NCBI RefSeq assembly: GCF_006345805.1
Contig: NC_043012.1
Location: 39,928,001-39,992,000 of the forward strand
Source: Octopus sinensis
Taxonomy: Eukaryota
Direction: 5' to 3'
Length of the DNA: 64,000 nt
The position numbers and the translations under genes are program-made. This document shows, one piece after another, positions 13,407-27,255 of this stretch (positions are counted from its first letter, which is position 1; each line of letters starts with the position of its first letter). The notes beneath the pieces were generated by a model. The model worked only from the letters and a program-made list of their open reading frames with translations, did no database searches and was not told the DNA's origin.

Positions 13407-13605
13407 CTGGGAGTTCATAAATTGTCTCTGTCACTTCCACAATTTATCGTATTGTCTAAATGTTTTGCTTGAAACCAATAAAGCAAGTGGGCTGGTTTCT
13501 AATAAAACTTTATTTGTTTGCCTATGTTTTCCAATAAAATCTGCTTATTTTCCATTTTTTCTTTATGAATTTTTCAAACTGTAATCGTAATTTATGGACA
13601 CCTTG
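13407..13605. mobile_element. Tc1/mariner-type MITE (duplicated at 14200-14398)
   Basis: Imperfect TIRs CTGGGAGTTCATAAATT and AATTTATGGACACCTTG (13/17 match). Confidence 0.55.
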
Positions 13606-13808
13606 TGTGTGTGTGTATGTGCGTGAATATAAATATAAAACGCTGATAACGTCTATGTAAAGCGAGAGTTAGATCAAGGATGTCCCTTTATTCAACACTA
13701 TTTTCTACGAGAATCTTTTCTACATGTCCCTACAGACAAGAAAATAAATTTCTCGTCTGTAAAATCAGAAACACTTTCGACGCTTCCAAATTTATTTCCA
13801 AAAGGTTG

Positions 13809-13839
<31 letters not shown>

Positions 13840-15191
13840 GGCGCATGGACTGCTGGTTAGGATGTTCGCTTTGAGATCGTAAGGTCCTGAGTTCAATTCC
13901 GGCGACGCGTTATGTGCTTGAGCAAGACACTTTATTTCACGTTGTTCCAGTCCGCCTAACTCGCAAAAATGAGTAGTACCTGTATTTCAAGGCCAGCCTT
14001 GTCACACTCCGGTGTCACGCTGAGTTTCCCTGAAACCTACAATATGGGTACGCGTGTCTATGACGTACCTCAGCCACTTGCACACTAATTTCAAGAGCTG
14101 ACTGTTCCGTTGGTCTCAATTGGAACGCTCGTCGTCGCAAGCGACGGATGTCTATCCTATATATATATATTATATATATATATATATACCTAACATACAC
14201 TGGGAGTTCATAAATTGTCTCTGTCACTTCACACATTTATCGTATTGTCTAAATGTTTTGCTTGAAACCAATAAAGCAAGTGGGCTGGTTTCTAATAAAA
14301 CTTTATTTGTTTGCCTATGTTTTCCAATAAAATCTGCTTATTTTCCATTTTTTCTTTATGAATTTTTCAAACTGTAATCGTAATTTATGGACACCTTGTG
14401 TGTGTGTGTATGTGTGTGCGTGAATATAAATATAAAACGCTGATAACGTCTATGTAAAGCTGAGAGTTAGATCAAGGATGTCCCTTTATTCGACACTATT
14501 TTCTACAGGAATCCTTTACCACATGTTCCTACAGACATTGAGCCATACTTCCACCTCATCGTGGAATAATTTAATAATCTATATAAAGTAATCTGGAAAA
14601 CCATCTTTAACCACTACGTTCCACGGGGATGTTGTATTCACAGTAAAGAAGATTTTGTTAAAGCAATGGAAACCTCAACAAGATCCATATTTTAATCGCA
14701 GCACCTGACTGCCATGCTGTGAGAATCGTTTCCATTGTTCCACTGCCAGAATGAAAATCCCACAGAGATTGAAGAAGAACACCAATTACAAGGGATTTTT
14801 ATGGAAGTGGACATGAAGAATACTTGCCAGCACCTTGTCAATAGCTGTTGCTAGAGCATGGCCTCGCTAGCGACAACAGTTCTGCTATAAAGAGAAAATA
14901 TAAATTGAATCTTTCCATATTATTCTCTGTGTATAATATATATATATATATAATATATATATATATATAATAAAATTTAGGGATATATCCAAACTTACAG
15001 GGAAAAATCAGATTTAGGATTAAATCCAATTTTATAGTATAGATATATTATATTATATTATATTAAATTAGAGATAAAACCACTATTAGGCAAATCAAAC
15101 AATGAAAAACATAAGCCAATACATAAAATTAATTAATTTATATTATTTTAAATATATATCAAAAGTATTAAAAGTTTAATAAAAGATAAAG

Positions 15192-15224
<33 letters not shown>

Positions 15225-16649
15225 ACATACATACATGTCTTAGTATCTATATATGCGTATGTATGCATATATGTGTACGCGTATGCATATATGTGTAAAT
15301 ATGTGTGTGTGCATATACATAAATACATATATATGTATACATACGTATCTATATACACACATATATGAATGTTTATATATCTACGCACACATATGTATGC
15401 ATGTATGTATGCGTGCGTGTATGCATGCATGCGGCAGACAGTCTATCTATCAAATTTCTCTCGCGAAACAGTATCATTTTTAGCCAACCCAAAGTTTCTA
15501 GTGAAGGTGCGTGCCCCAACTGACGCCTGCTGAAATTCGGTTTATATGACTGTCTGTGTGTCTTAAAATAAAAATCCGGGATCACGGAACTTTGAACTGA
15601 ACTTGCTAACCACACGGCCATCCTACGTTGACAGAATGTTTTGCGTGGTGCCTTCCCCAAATTTTGCATCCCGTCAACTTTGGCTTTACCTTTCACTCAC
15701 CAACTTCGATTAAATAAAGTACCAGTGATAAACTGGTGTTGATCTTTCCCGATTATAGCCTTCGCTATAACCTTCGTGCTCAACCGACGTATGTGGTCAG
15801 CTGAAGCTGGTGGTCAAAGTAAAGTAGGGGTGGGAAAGAATCCTTGAGGGTGGAGGCGTTGGTGGACACGATATACTTTTATTTTTTAAGGAATCACTGA
15901 ATTGAACGGCGCCCAAGCTGGGGTACAAACTTGGAGGGCTTGAAGGCAATTATATCTGTTCCAGTACCCAATCTGGAGCTCATTTTATCTATCTCTATTT
16001 ATCAAGGGGCTGAGTACACCAATGTCCCGAGAGTTGTTTCTCTTTTCTAATGTAAATACAGTACGGTACATTGGTCAACCCAACCTTATGGTAGAAGATA
16101 TTTGCTCAAAGTACTGCCGAGTAGGATCGAACTAGGAACTATTTGATTGTGAATTGAACAGATTATTTGTACAGCCACGATAATTAGGCAGTTTTTAATT
16201 ATTGTGTTTATGTATTTCGTTACTCGATTTGTTATCTACAGTATTTTGGTATTGACGTGTGACAGTTTTGGTTTGGTAAATTCCTATGATTGGCCAATGT
16301 AGATAAAATGTTGCTGACATTCCATTCAGTTGCGCTTCGCGAAATACTTCTCTGACATCCATCAACACCAAAACATATCCCTTGGAATTCAGGGGAAATT
16401 GATCAAATATAACGGGTGATTTGTTAAATTGTCATATTTAACTGTAATCCTTTCGTGGTTCTCGTGATGAACTCTCATCACCCTTCTGAACGAATCGTCT
16501 TCCCCACCCCTTTCTCCCTCTCCCTCCTCCCTATCTCACTCTCACTCCCTCACTATGTATCTGACTAGATAGATAAAGGAAGAGGAAGAGAGGAAGAGGG
16601 AGCTGTAAAATTTGTGGAATATTGTCAGGTGCTTGTAGTAGGTGGAATG

Positions 16650-16917
16650 TATCTTATATATATATATGTATATATATAAATATTTATATATGTTATATAT
16701 ATGTATATATATATATATATATATATTATATATGTATATATATGTTACATATATGTATGTTATATATATATATGTATATGTTATATATATGTATATATGT
16801 TATATATATATGTATAAATATGTTACATATATATATGTTATATATATATATGTATATATATATGTATATATATGTTATATGTATGTATATATATGTTACA
16901 TATATGTATATATATGT

Positions 16918-16957
<40 letters not shown>

Positions 16958-17202
16958 TAAATATATATATATAAACATAAATATATATATATATATATGC
17001 AAGACTGTGTGTGTACTGGTATAGGCGTGTCTAAACATGTATGGACAGATACATACATACATAAACACATACACACATACATACATACATACATACATAC
17101 ATACATACATACATACATACATACATACATACATACATACATACATACAATACATATATACATACAATACAATACACTTTGGAAATTGTATTTATATTAC
17201 TC

Positions 17203-17238
<36 letters not shown>

Positions 17239-17240
17239 TG
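16650..17240. repeat. (TA)n, (TACA)n and (TG)n microsatellite field
   Basis: Direct reading. Confidence 0.95.
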
Positions 17241-17569
17241 CCTTAAAATGAGAACAATTGGCTTGTTAACCATCGATTATTACATCTCTCTCTTTCTTTC
17301 TTACTCTGTATATAAAGTACACATATATTGAAACTGGCGCACGCACACAACCACACACACACACACACACACACATACACACACACATACACACACACAT
17401 ACGCCATCTAAAAATACATGTAACATTACCGCAAAACAGTAGCAACAACAACAACTACAACAACATTTTTGAAAAGAAGCAACGTATCAGAATTCATTTA
17501 AGGTGATAAATAACGTGTCTCGGTGTGTCTGATATGTAATTAGTAGTGTTGCTAATTAGATCAGTACAT

Positions 17570-17618
<49 letters not shown>

Positions 17619-18127
17619 GTGCGACAAGTGTAGCAGCAGAAAATTAACAACAACAAACAATACAATAAAACAACTATAACGAGAGAAGCGACAACAAAAT
17701 CAACAACAACAACATCCAGTCACTAAAATATCAGAAAATATGACAACTGTAGCAGCAACAACCACAACACAAACAACATCAACTACCGCAAAAACTACAA
17801 CAGTAACATCAAGAATAACAATACAATGAGGAAGTGTCGGGGGTGGAGGGGACGGAACCTGTATGTAGTTGCTCGAGCTGCTAGTAATAACAGCCAAAAT
17901 ACCTCCCGATTACACACACAGTCACTCCCTTCTTTCAAAGAAAAATGAAACGTTGCCAAATGCATTCCCACTTCTGTTACTACCAACCAACCAACCAACC
18001 AACTACAAGATGTAATGGCCATGGCTGGAAAGTCGAAAAGAAAGTGTTCTGGATGGCGTCAAATAATAGCCACAGTACCAACAACAGCAATAACAGAAGA
18101 GCACTCGCAGCAGCGGCAGCAGCAGCG

Positions 18128-18176
<49 letters not shown>

Positions 18177-18665
18177 CAGCAGCAGCAGCGGCGGCGGCGG
18201 CGATGGCAGCATCCTCTTCCATCTACCTGTTCCTCCCATTTCAATATGATGCCACATCTCCAGTTTACCTGAATCCAAATGAGTAACAAATATGGCTGCC
18301 GCAATTATAGACACCGACATCGCCATCGCCATCGTCATCATCATCATCATCATCATCACCATTTTAATCATCGTCATCATCATCACAATTATCATCGCCA
18401 TTACATGGTTGTTGTTATTATATTAAATGTCGATATGCCCCATCACCATCATCATCATCATCATCATCACTTTCACCAGCAACGCCATCTGCAGCAACAG
18501 TATCACCATTGTCATCACCATCACCATCGCCGTCATCATCATCATCACCATAATTATATTACCACGATCATTATCGACATCATCAGTGTCATCACCATCT
18601 CGACAACCACTGTTACCCTCAGCCCACCACCACCTCACCAATAATAATGATAATAATGATAATAA
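17570..18665. repeat. Cluster of trinucleotide repeats (CAG, CAA, TAG, GCG, CAT, AAT)
   Basis: Direct reading; homopolymeric ORFs appear in several frames. Confidence 0.9.
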
Positions 18666-19061
18666 TAAGCTGTCATTGCATCGTGTTAATTAGGTGACAG
18701 GTCGAGCGTGTCAGCTTTCAAGCCGAAGGTGTTGTTTGTTGGAGGTGGGCGGTGAAGGGTGGTATTGGAAGCTGAAATTGAGGGTTGGTCTTTCTGTGCC
18801 TGGGAGAGGTGGGGGTGGGGCTGTACAGAGAATGGTGACAGAGAGGGAACGGTGTGGTGTGTAGGGTGGGGTTTTGTTGCGGTTGCAGTCTAACGAATTG
18901 CTGCTGATACGCCACATTCGAGGTCTACGCACGCGCACACACACTTTTATAGATACATGATCGTATATACGTATCTTTTTACTACACACACACACACACA
19001 CATAAATGGATAATTATATATATATATATATATAAAGAAACACAAGTTTTTCTTACACAAG

Positions 19062-19154
<93 letters not shown>

Positions 19155-19197
19155 GTTTGTATATAAGTGTTTTCATATATATATATATATATATCTG

Positions 19198-19245
<48 letters not shown>

Positions 19246-19246
<1 letters not shown>

Positions 19247-19386
19247 GGGTGGTGCAAAAGTTTGGACCCATAAGCAATTTATTATATGACAATTTACGGT
19301 TTACAAGTTCTACTCCTGAAATTGTTAGCTTTTCTGCAATGGCAGCCGATCTGAAAGACTATGTGTCCAGACTTTTGCACCACCTG
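19246..19386. mobile_element. Tc1-type MITE
   Basis: TIRs GGTGGTGCAAAAGTTTGGAC and GTCCAGACTTTTGCACCACC, with TA flanks. Confidence 0.85.
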
Positions 19387-19393
19387 TATATAT

Positions 19394-19429
<36 letters not shown>

Positions 19430-19454
19430 ATAATAACAATAATAATGATATAAT

Positions 19455-19668
19455 GGCTTGAAATTTTGCCACAAGGGCAGCAATTTTGGGGGGAGGGGGA
19501 TAGTCCATTGCATCGACCCCAGTATGCAACTGGTACTTAATTTATCGACCCCGAAAGGATGAAAGGCACAGTCGTCCTCGGCCGAATTTGAACTTAGAAC
19601 ATAGCGACGGGCGAAATACCGCTAAGCATTTCGCCCGGAGTGCTAATGATTCTGCCATCTCGCCGCCT
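19455..19668 (-). mobile_element. SINE family C, with a second decayed copy at 19753-19905
   Basis: Reverse complement of GGCGGCGAG.TGGCAGAA...GCCTTTCATCCTTTCGGGGTCGATAAA..AAGTACCAG (cf. 44481). Confidence 0.88.
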
Positions 19669-19690
19669 TATTAATAATGAGATTTAATAT

Positions 19691-19753
<63 letters not shown>

Positions 19754-20151
19754 GGTTCAAATCTTGGAACAAGAGTGCTTATTTCATAGATACCGAAAGG
19801 ACGAAAGTGAAAGTCGGCGGCTTTTGAATTGAGAACGTAAAAACAGACGAAATGGCAGTAAACATTTTGTCTGGGTGCAAACGGTTCTGCCAGCTCACTG
19901 AGCAGCCTCTGCGAATTCCTTGATGTCACCAACTATTGATGCCATGTATGCTGAAGAACATAACCTCCTAGACATAGAACCTTGGAATTTGTGACTGCAC
20001 TGCTCCAGTATGGCCCATGCATATATAACACAGCTGAAAAAAACTACAAAATCAAAGTAAAATGGAGGAGTAAAGTGAAATAGGAAAGACTAACCACTTG
20101 GCTGGAAGAGATTCTAGGCTGTAGCGTATATGGTTCAGGATCCCTCTTATA

Positions 20152-20465
20152 CAGGCCTGGCCAACTCGAATTACATTTCAGGCCACTTTAATCAAAGTAA
20201 GTTTTGGGGTGGGGGGGTCGTTTGTAAACTGACAGAATAGAAAGTATTTTGCTTTCTCCTGCTATTATTACAATAATGAATGAACGATCGTTGATTCAAT
20301 ATGAAATATCATCATTGGAAAAACAGTAGAATCTTTCTTTCTTTTTTACTTTTCATTACAATCTTTAATTTTTGATAAACTTTTTAAATGTGTATAAATA
20401 AACCCATTTCAAGAAAGTGTCAAACAGGCCGCAAGATAAAAGTCTGCGGGCCAACCTTGGTCTTA
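20152..20465. mobile_element. Possible hAT-type non-autonomous DNA element
   Basis: Begins CAGGCCTGGCCAAC and carries GCGGGCC near the far end, reminiscent of hAT MITE ends. The TIR match is poor. Confidence 0.3.
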
Positions 20466-20601
20466 TATATAAATCAAATGTTAGTGTAGAGCCGAAAGAC
20501 ATGCTCGCTATATCAATTATAGGTATGATAGGCCAATAATCGTAACTTGAGTAGAATATCATTTGTAATATATACTATATATGTACGTAGTAATATGTAT
20601 A

Positions 20602-20998
20602 TCTTTATATATAAAAGTGAGGTTGTGTGCTGTCTGTCTCCTACGATTTAGATTCCTAACTACTCCCACATTTTGCGGTGCAGTTTAACCAAAACCGGGT
20701 ATCTTATAGCCGTGATTCATATCGAGCCCTTCTGGGTATTAGCGCGCGTCTACGATGAGTCTACGATTTAAAAAAAAAATTACCATTAATTTTTTCCCAT
20801 TTTTAATGCATTTTTGGCATATATAAGGGAAGTAACTCTCCAAAAATGTATTATTAAATCTCAGAACGTAAAAAGCTACAGTAACACCCCCCCTTTATGG
20901 TTAGCCATATTGAGATGGCTATTATACTTTACATCTCTAAAAATGCTTATATAGTTATTTCCCTTACAAACCCGAGCAACGCCGGGCGATACTGTTAG
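20602..20998 (+). mobile_element. Non-autonomous Helitron
   Basis: 5' TC(TTTATATATAAAAG); GC hairpin CCCGAGCAACGCCGGG at 20971-20986, about 8 nt before a TTAG (CTAG-like) end; inserted between A and T. Confidence 0.75.
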
Positions 20999-21510
20999 TA
21001 TATATATATATACATATACACAGCGCGCTGGGTGTTTGTGTGTGTGTGTCACTTTGTCTCTCAAATATTCTACTTTACGTTACATTGCAATATAACCCTC
21101 TAAACCAAGCTTATCCTTATTCACTTCGTTGAATTTCGGTTGTGGTTGGCTGATTTTTCAGTGTTTTGTCTTACGTTTCCCGACAGAGCAGAATTATATG
21201 TCTTGCTTTCAATGCAAACACAAGAATTCGTTCTAAACTTTCTGAAGGAATTTGTCCGAAGATCACCAGGTCTCCCTTTCTAATATGGAAGCTTTTTTTT
21301 CCATCAAACCCATTAGTAACATCATTTGTCTGTATAACATAGATTTATATATATGTATGTGTGTGTGCAAATATATACATAGATATATAGACACGTGTGT
21401 GTGTGTATGTGTGTGTGTGTGTGTGTATACACAAACACGTTAGTATATACATGTATATATACACTTGCGGGTATATATATCTACACATACACACTCAGTG
21501 TATATATACA

Positions 21511-21660
21511 TTCCGCTGAGGTCGACTTTGTCTTTCATCCTTTTGGGGTCGATTAGATAAGTACCAGTTAGGCACTGGGGTCGACGTAATCGACTTAATC
21601 CCTTTGCCTGTCCTTGTTTATCTCCGCTGTGTTTAGCCTCCTGTGGGCAATAAAGAAATA
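21511..21660 (+). mobile_element. SINE family C, 3' portion
   Basis: GAGGTCGACTTTG.CTTTCATCCTTT.GGGGTCGAT block plus tail. Confidence 0.85.
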
Positions 21661-21735
21661 TATATATATATTCCTATGTGTATGTATACGTATATATACA
21701 TATGCGTGTGTGTGCGTGTTTATAGCAAGTATATG

Positions 21736-21827
<92 letters not shown>

Positions 21828-21982
21828 TGTATGTATATACACAATAGTATGTATAAATGCATATATAATGCATTCAATTATATTATTAATGACGTTTTCC
21901 ATTATGTTGTTTGATAGTTGTAAAGATTGTTCAGCAACTTACATATTCCATTTCGCGAAGCCTTTAATAAAATTAAAACTGT

Positions 21983-22021
<39 letters not shown>

Positions 22022-22219
22022 CACACACACACACGCACACACACATATATATATATGTATATGTATATATAGATATATATATATATATATATATATGCAT
22101 ATATACATAGACTGCGGGAGAAGGGAGACATACATAATTATAGATTAGCGCGTAGAGAATTTGACGCTTCAATTACATAACCTCCAGGAATGAACATTCA
22201 TATAGAATAATATTATTGT

Positions 22220-22269
<50 letters not shown>

Positions 22270-22460
22270 ATCCTTTTTCAACTATAATCTTAAATTTATC
22301 CACAAAAGCAAATGAGCAAATATTAATTGAAATGTAAACATACACACACACACACACACACGCACACACACACACACACACATACTTATATGTATATATA
22401 TATAATTGTGTTTTATCTGTTCAACCCTTGATATATGTGTGTGAATGTATGTATAAATGC

Positions 22461-22516
<56 letters not shown>

Positions 22517-23149
22517 GTAAATGTATATGTATCTATGTATATGTGTATATGTATACATTTATGTATGTGTATATATGTGCATGTACGTATATATATATAT
22601 TGTGTTGTTTAATAACTGTTTGACTCAACTCCATGCAACTAAAAATTTGTAGGGCCATCAAGCATCTGGAGATAAACTAATTGTATATGCGGCATATTCA
22701 AGATGGCTTCTAGATATTAGACCTTTATTGGGCAACTCAGGTCACGTGATGTTATTGGTCTGGAAGCTACATCAATCATTTACTTTATTACTTGGGCCAC
22801 ATCGACGAACAAGTTGGTAATCGTCGCTGCCATGTTCAGAAACTGCTGTGTGATTTATTTACCAGCATCAGTTAGTTGCATTTACTGGAACGTGTGTCCG
22901 AGCGGGTCGTTGTTGCGGATTTGTCAAGAAGTAACGCTATAGTTACAACAACCTTTCCGTGTGAGTAACCAGATTTGGTGATGCTAGGCTGGATTGTTGG
23001 CATGGATCGGTATATGTATAACGAGGAATTAGCGAGGAGTGGATTCGCTGTATGTATAGGCAGCTGCTCTATATTTCCTTGAGCATCGAGCAACCAGGTC
23101 CAAGGCAGTATACCTAGATTGTCGACTACCACCGGTTGGAAGTACATTG

Positions 23150-24760
23150 ACAGGACGACCTCTGGTGGCAACAAAAAGATAATTCATTCTTCATGTTGAT
23201 AAGATTAATTGATCCTTCCAGCCGGTTTTTTAGTATGAGTACTCTCCGCAGATGCAGAGTTTTCAATTGCGAGTTCCAGGAGAGTACAGAGAAGCTTCTA
23301 TCAGGGAAACTCCATTGGACGCTGAGGAAATTATTCCGATGGTCACGGAGTCTCTAGATAAAACGGGACAGAAAGGTGGAATTTTCCTACCCTTACACCT
23401 GAAGGAGTACCTCCCCTCGAAGGTACACATTATCTATTATGTCGCTGTGGTTTCCATCGGATGGTGTGAGGGTAGCCCCAAAGACCACAGCCGTTGGTCA
23501 GCAGGACCTTCTCAGTAGGGAGTTAATAGGATTTCAACCGCTAGTTTTTAATGCGTGTTTCAAGCTGTGGAAGTGTGTGTTTGCGTCTGTTGTAGCGTAC
23601 GATGTTAGAAGCAATGTTGTCTAAGCAGGAGTGACTGACCTTGACGTTGTTGGGGTTGGAAAGTTCATAATATTCATGGGTTCTAGGGAAATGCTTCTTA
23701 ACTAGCGTCAGAAAGCTCCTATTTATGATTGTTGAAACTTTTAAGTTAAATGAAGGATTGAACCAGATTATGTTTCTCTTTTTAACTCTTTTCGTTTCCA
23801 GGGGTGGCGCTGCGGTGTCCTTCAAATGTACTAACTTCTCAGTGAACCCACTCCTCGCAAATTTTTTGTTATAATGAGGCGGCTTTGTTGAAGATTTCTC
23901 TATCCGCTGATAGTTTAGATTCTTTTTGTAGCTATACACAGTTTCCCTGTTGGGCTACCTGTAAGGGTAGTATTTGTCTGTTTTCAAGTCCAGAGTGATG
24001 TCCAAGCAGCCAAATTGGTGTTGATCGTTATACACAGGTCGAATTCTTTGGAGATCTTTATCAGATCTTTCTTGAACCTGTTCATAACCTGGCCAGTCAT
24101 ACGATTTGTGGTTGTCAGACCATAGGCTCTATACAGGGCCGAGTTATGAGTGGAGGTGTGCTTCCTTAAAGCAGCCAGGATAAATTACCCGATGAGGTCA
24201 GTGATCTCAGGCCCGTCCTAGCTCCCCATAGATACGTCGAACTGTGGGTCGCCTTTCTCCTTAACTCAGAAAGAGTTATCGTGAACCAAGATTGACTTTG
24301 TAGCGTTCACGATGATTTTGAATTAGCCTACCAATATCTATAACCTTCAGGATGAGGGATTTCGATATTGGAGGGTAGAAATGAAGGAAATCGAATTTGA
24401 TGCACCAGGAGGCTGCTTTATTCTCAATGCTGCAGAACCAGCAGATTACTGTAATCCCATTGGATCAACCCAGTAACCGTTCAAAAATCGTAGTTGATAG
24501 TATCGAGAGTACACTTTCTTAGTATACCTAGTTCGTTCTTAGGCTAATCAGCCTGCATTTAGGATCAGAAAGAAAGTTAGGCTTATGATCTTTAAGCGTA
24601 ATGTAGCGAAGGTGCATGGCGAGTTGCGCCACGCGATCTTTTATATTTAGAAGCGTGGCTAGCTTTTTCACTTCAGTGCTTATGTCGTTGTCCGTAGAGA
24701 TGTTTATTTGTTTGTATGTTTTGGGGATATGTTTGTATGACATTTAATCCTTTGGTTACA
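23150..24760 (-). pseudogene. Decayed Penelope-like retroelement ORF (RT plus GIY-YIG endonuclease) with stops and frameshifts
   Basis: Minus-strand peptides YITLKDHKPNFLSDPKCRLI, CIKFDFLHFYPPISK, FDVSMGS*DGPEITDLIG, LDITLDLKTDKYYPYR, RNIIWFNPSF...KHFP...VKVSHSCLDNIAS, LYSPGTRN*KLC and LINMKNEL, in the canonical PLE order. Confidence 0.9.
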
Positions 24761-24881
24761 TTTGTTTCAACGCCATATGGGGTATATACTTCATGAACCT
24801 AAATATTTTTATGATATCCGTATGAATACATCATAATACAATAATGAATTATAATTGATATAACCCACGTGCATTTGTTCC

Positions 24882-25243
24882 GGTAAGAAGTTTGCTTACC
24901 AGCCTCATGATTCCGGGTTCTGTACCACTGCGAGGCACCTTGGGCAAGTGTCTTCTACTATAGCCTCGGGCTGAGTAGAGCCTTGTGGGTGAATTTGATA
25001 GACGGAAACTGAAAGAAGCCCGTCGTATGTGTGTGTGTGTTAGTGTGTCTGTGTTTTGTCCTCCCACCATCTCTTGACAACAGATGCTGGTGTGTTTACA
25101 CCCCCGTAACCTAGCGTTTCGGCAAAATAGACAGATATAATAAGTACTAGGCTTACAAAGAATAGATCTTGGGGTTGATTTGCTCGACTAAAGGTAGTGC
25201 TCCATCATGGCCGCAGTCAAATGACTGAAACGAATAAAAGAAT
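24882..25243 (+). mobile_element. SINE family A
   Basis: Both halves present with a short (TG) spacer. Confidence 0.9.
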
Positions 25244-25319
25244 ATGTGTGTGTGTGTGCATGTATGTTCACTCACGGAACAACGGTTGGCTCCGGGTTAT
25301 AGCAGAAGACACTTGCCCA

Positions 25320-25480
25320 ACCTTGTCACATCCTGTTTCACTCTGAATCTACCAGAGAACTGTGTTACGAGTGTCTGTGGAGTACTCAGCCACTTGCACA
25401 TTAATTTCCTGAGAAGGCTGTTCCGTTGATCGGATCAACTGGAATTCTCGTCGTCGTCATCGTAACTGACGGAGCACCAG
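25320..25480 (+). mobile_element. SINE family B, 3' portion
   Basis: CCTTGTCAC...CTCAGCCACTTGCAC...CTCGTCGTCGT tail. Confidence 0.8.
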
Positions 25481-26267
25481 TGTTAGTGTTAGAGTATCAT
25501 GAGTATGTTCCTACTGCAAAATACCACACGGTATTTAAGGTGGAATCCATTGGAAGCGAGTACAAACACCAAACAGGGGTTCCGGTCCCCATCAACTCCC
25601 CTAACCTTTATTCCGACTCACCCATCTAGTCACGTGGTTATGCAGCGATTCGGATTAAGCATCTGTCACGTTAAAAGGCCAGACGAGGTCTTTTAACAGC
25701 CATCCTTATCCTCCTTGTTAGTTAAAATAGCTACAGTTGTTAACTTTAGCATCACACCTTAGTGGACGGCTGGAGGGATGCGGTAATGGTGACATATTGC
25801 CTTCTGGGTCGTCACTGTTTTTTTTATAAATGTGTGACAATGTCAGAGATCATAGGTCATCAATACTGACAGAGGGCGCTCCTGTTGCTAGCGCTTTCAG
25901 TAGTGAGGTATTAATTAACTACATACACATACACTCACATATATATATGTGTGTGTGTGTGTGTATGTGTGTACGTTATGTGTTGTGCGTGTGTATATAC
26001 AGACAGATATAGATAATATACACACACACACATTATGTATATATCCATAACGTATATTTAACAGACATACTCATACAAATATATACATATATGTGCGTGT
26101 GTATATATATATATATGCACGCACACACAAATTTTGCAATGTTTAATTCTTTCCTTTGTCGTGTTCTCAACACACCTCGAGTGGAGTTTCCTTTCATCCA
26201 TACGAGATCTTTCGTTCTCCACCCCCCTCTCTCTCTATCCCTCTCTCATATAGACACACACACAGAA

Positions 26268-26364
<97 letters not shown>

Positions 26365-26493
26365 AAGCAATCAACTATTTCTTTAAATAAAATTGTGTTG
26401 GTCATTAATCAGCGATCAAACGAAATACATTTTTTAATGATAAAAAAAAATCAAAGTAGAACACAAAGTTACGTCCTCTGTTTATATATATAT

Positions 26494-26538
<45 letters not shown>

Positions 26539-27224
26539 CGTATAGATATGTATGTATGTATGCCTGCATGTAAGTTATGTATGTATATGTTTATGTACCC
26601 ATAGACAGACACATATATATATATATATATTATATATATTCATGTACATACGTGCGCTCTCACATCTTGTGTCTGCTTCAGTTAACAACCTCCTCTCTTG
26701 TATCCATAATCGCAAAACGCTGACACTTCAAACACACTTGACCTCCTTGTCCTGTCTTAAAGCAGTCATTACACGCCACCACCACCCACCAGCTTCCCAA
26801 CCAATGAAATATCGATTTTCCAAGATTAAATATTTTCATCTAAGGATATTGTACAACCGACACAGGTATAACACTTCATCTGTGGTGTCCCAGTATAACA
26901 CTACCTGGCCCTCCACAGGTGTTCATTTACAGGTGTCATCTCCAGGGCAAGCACTGGGGTCATGTCTCCGGTTTGAGAACAATTTCCACCAGAAGTCTTG
27001 GAGGTCCAGGAATATAGTTGCTGCTTTTGTTCCTGTGAAAATAAGACTCAAGAGAAATAGAATAACCTCTTTCCCAGGGTCATATTAAAGCATGGGTACA
27101 TTGGGCCCTCGCCCGTGGGCCTCGCCGCGCGTATTTAGAGTCCCAGTTTTGATTTATTTCTACTATGCCTTTCCGTCAATAAGTAAATATCATAGAGTCC
27201 AGTGCATTTACTTCGCCAGGGAAT

Positions 27225-27255
<31 letters not shown>

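Larger units (their letters stand above)
12832..14530 (+). repeat. Tandem duplication of an approximately 795-bp composite unit (2 full copies plus a partial third)
   Basis: TATAAATATAAAACGCTGATAACGTCTATG recurs at about 12833, 13627 and 14424; each full unit holds the same SINE B and MITE. Confidence 0.92.

Noticed and set aside
17945-18693. Poly-Ala/His/Gln ORFs resembling a transcription factor
   Set aside because: Trinucleotide repeats are open in several frames on both strands, with no recognisable domain or convincing splice context.
26552-27088. 178-aa plus-strand ORF
   Set aside because: Starts in microsatellite and has no recognisable motif.
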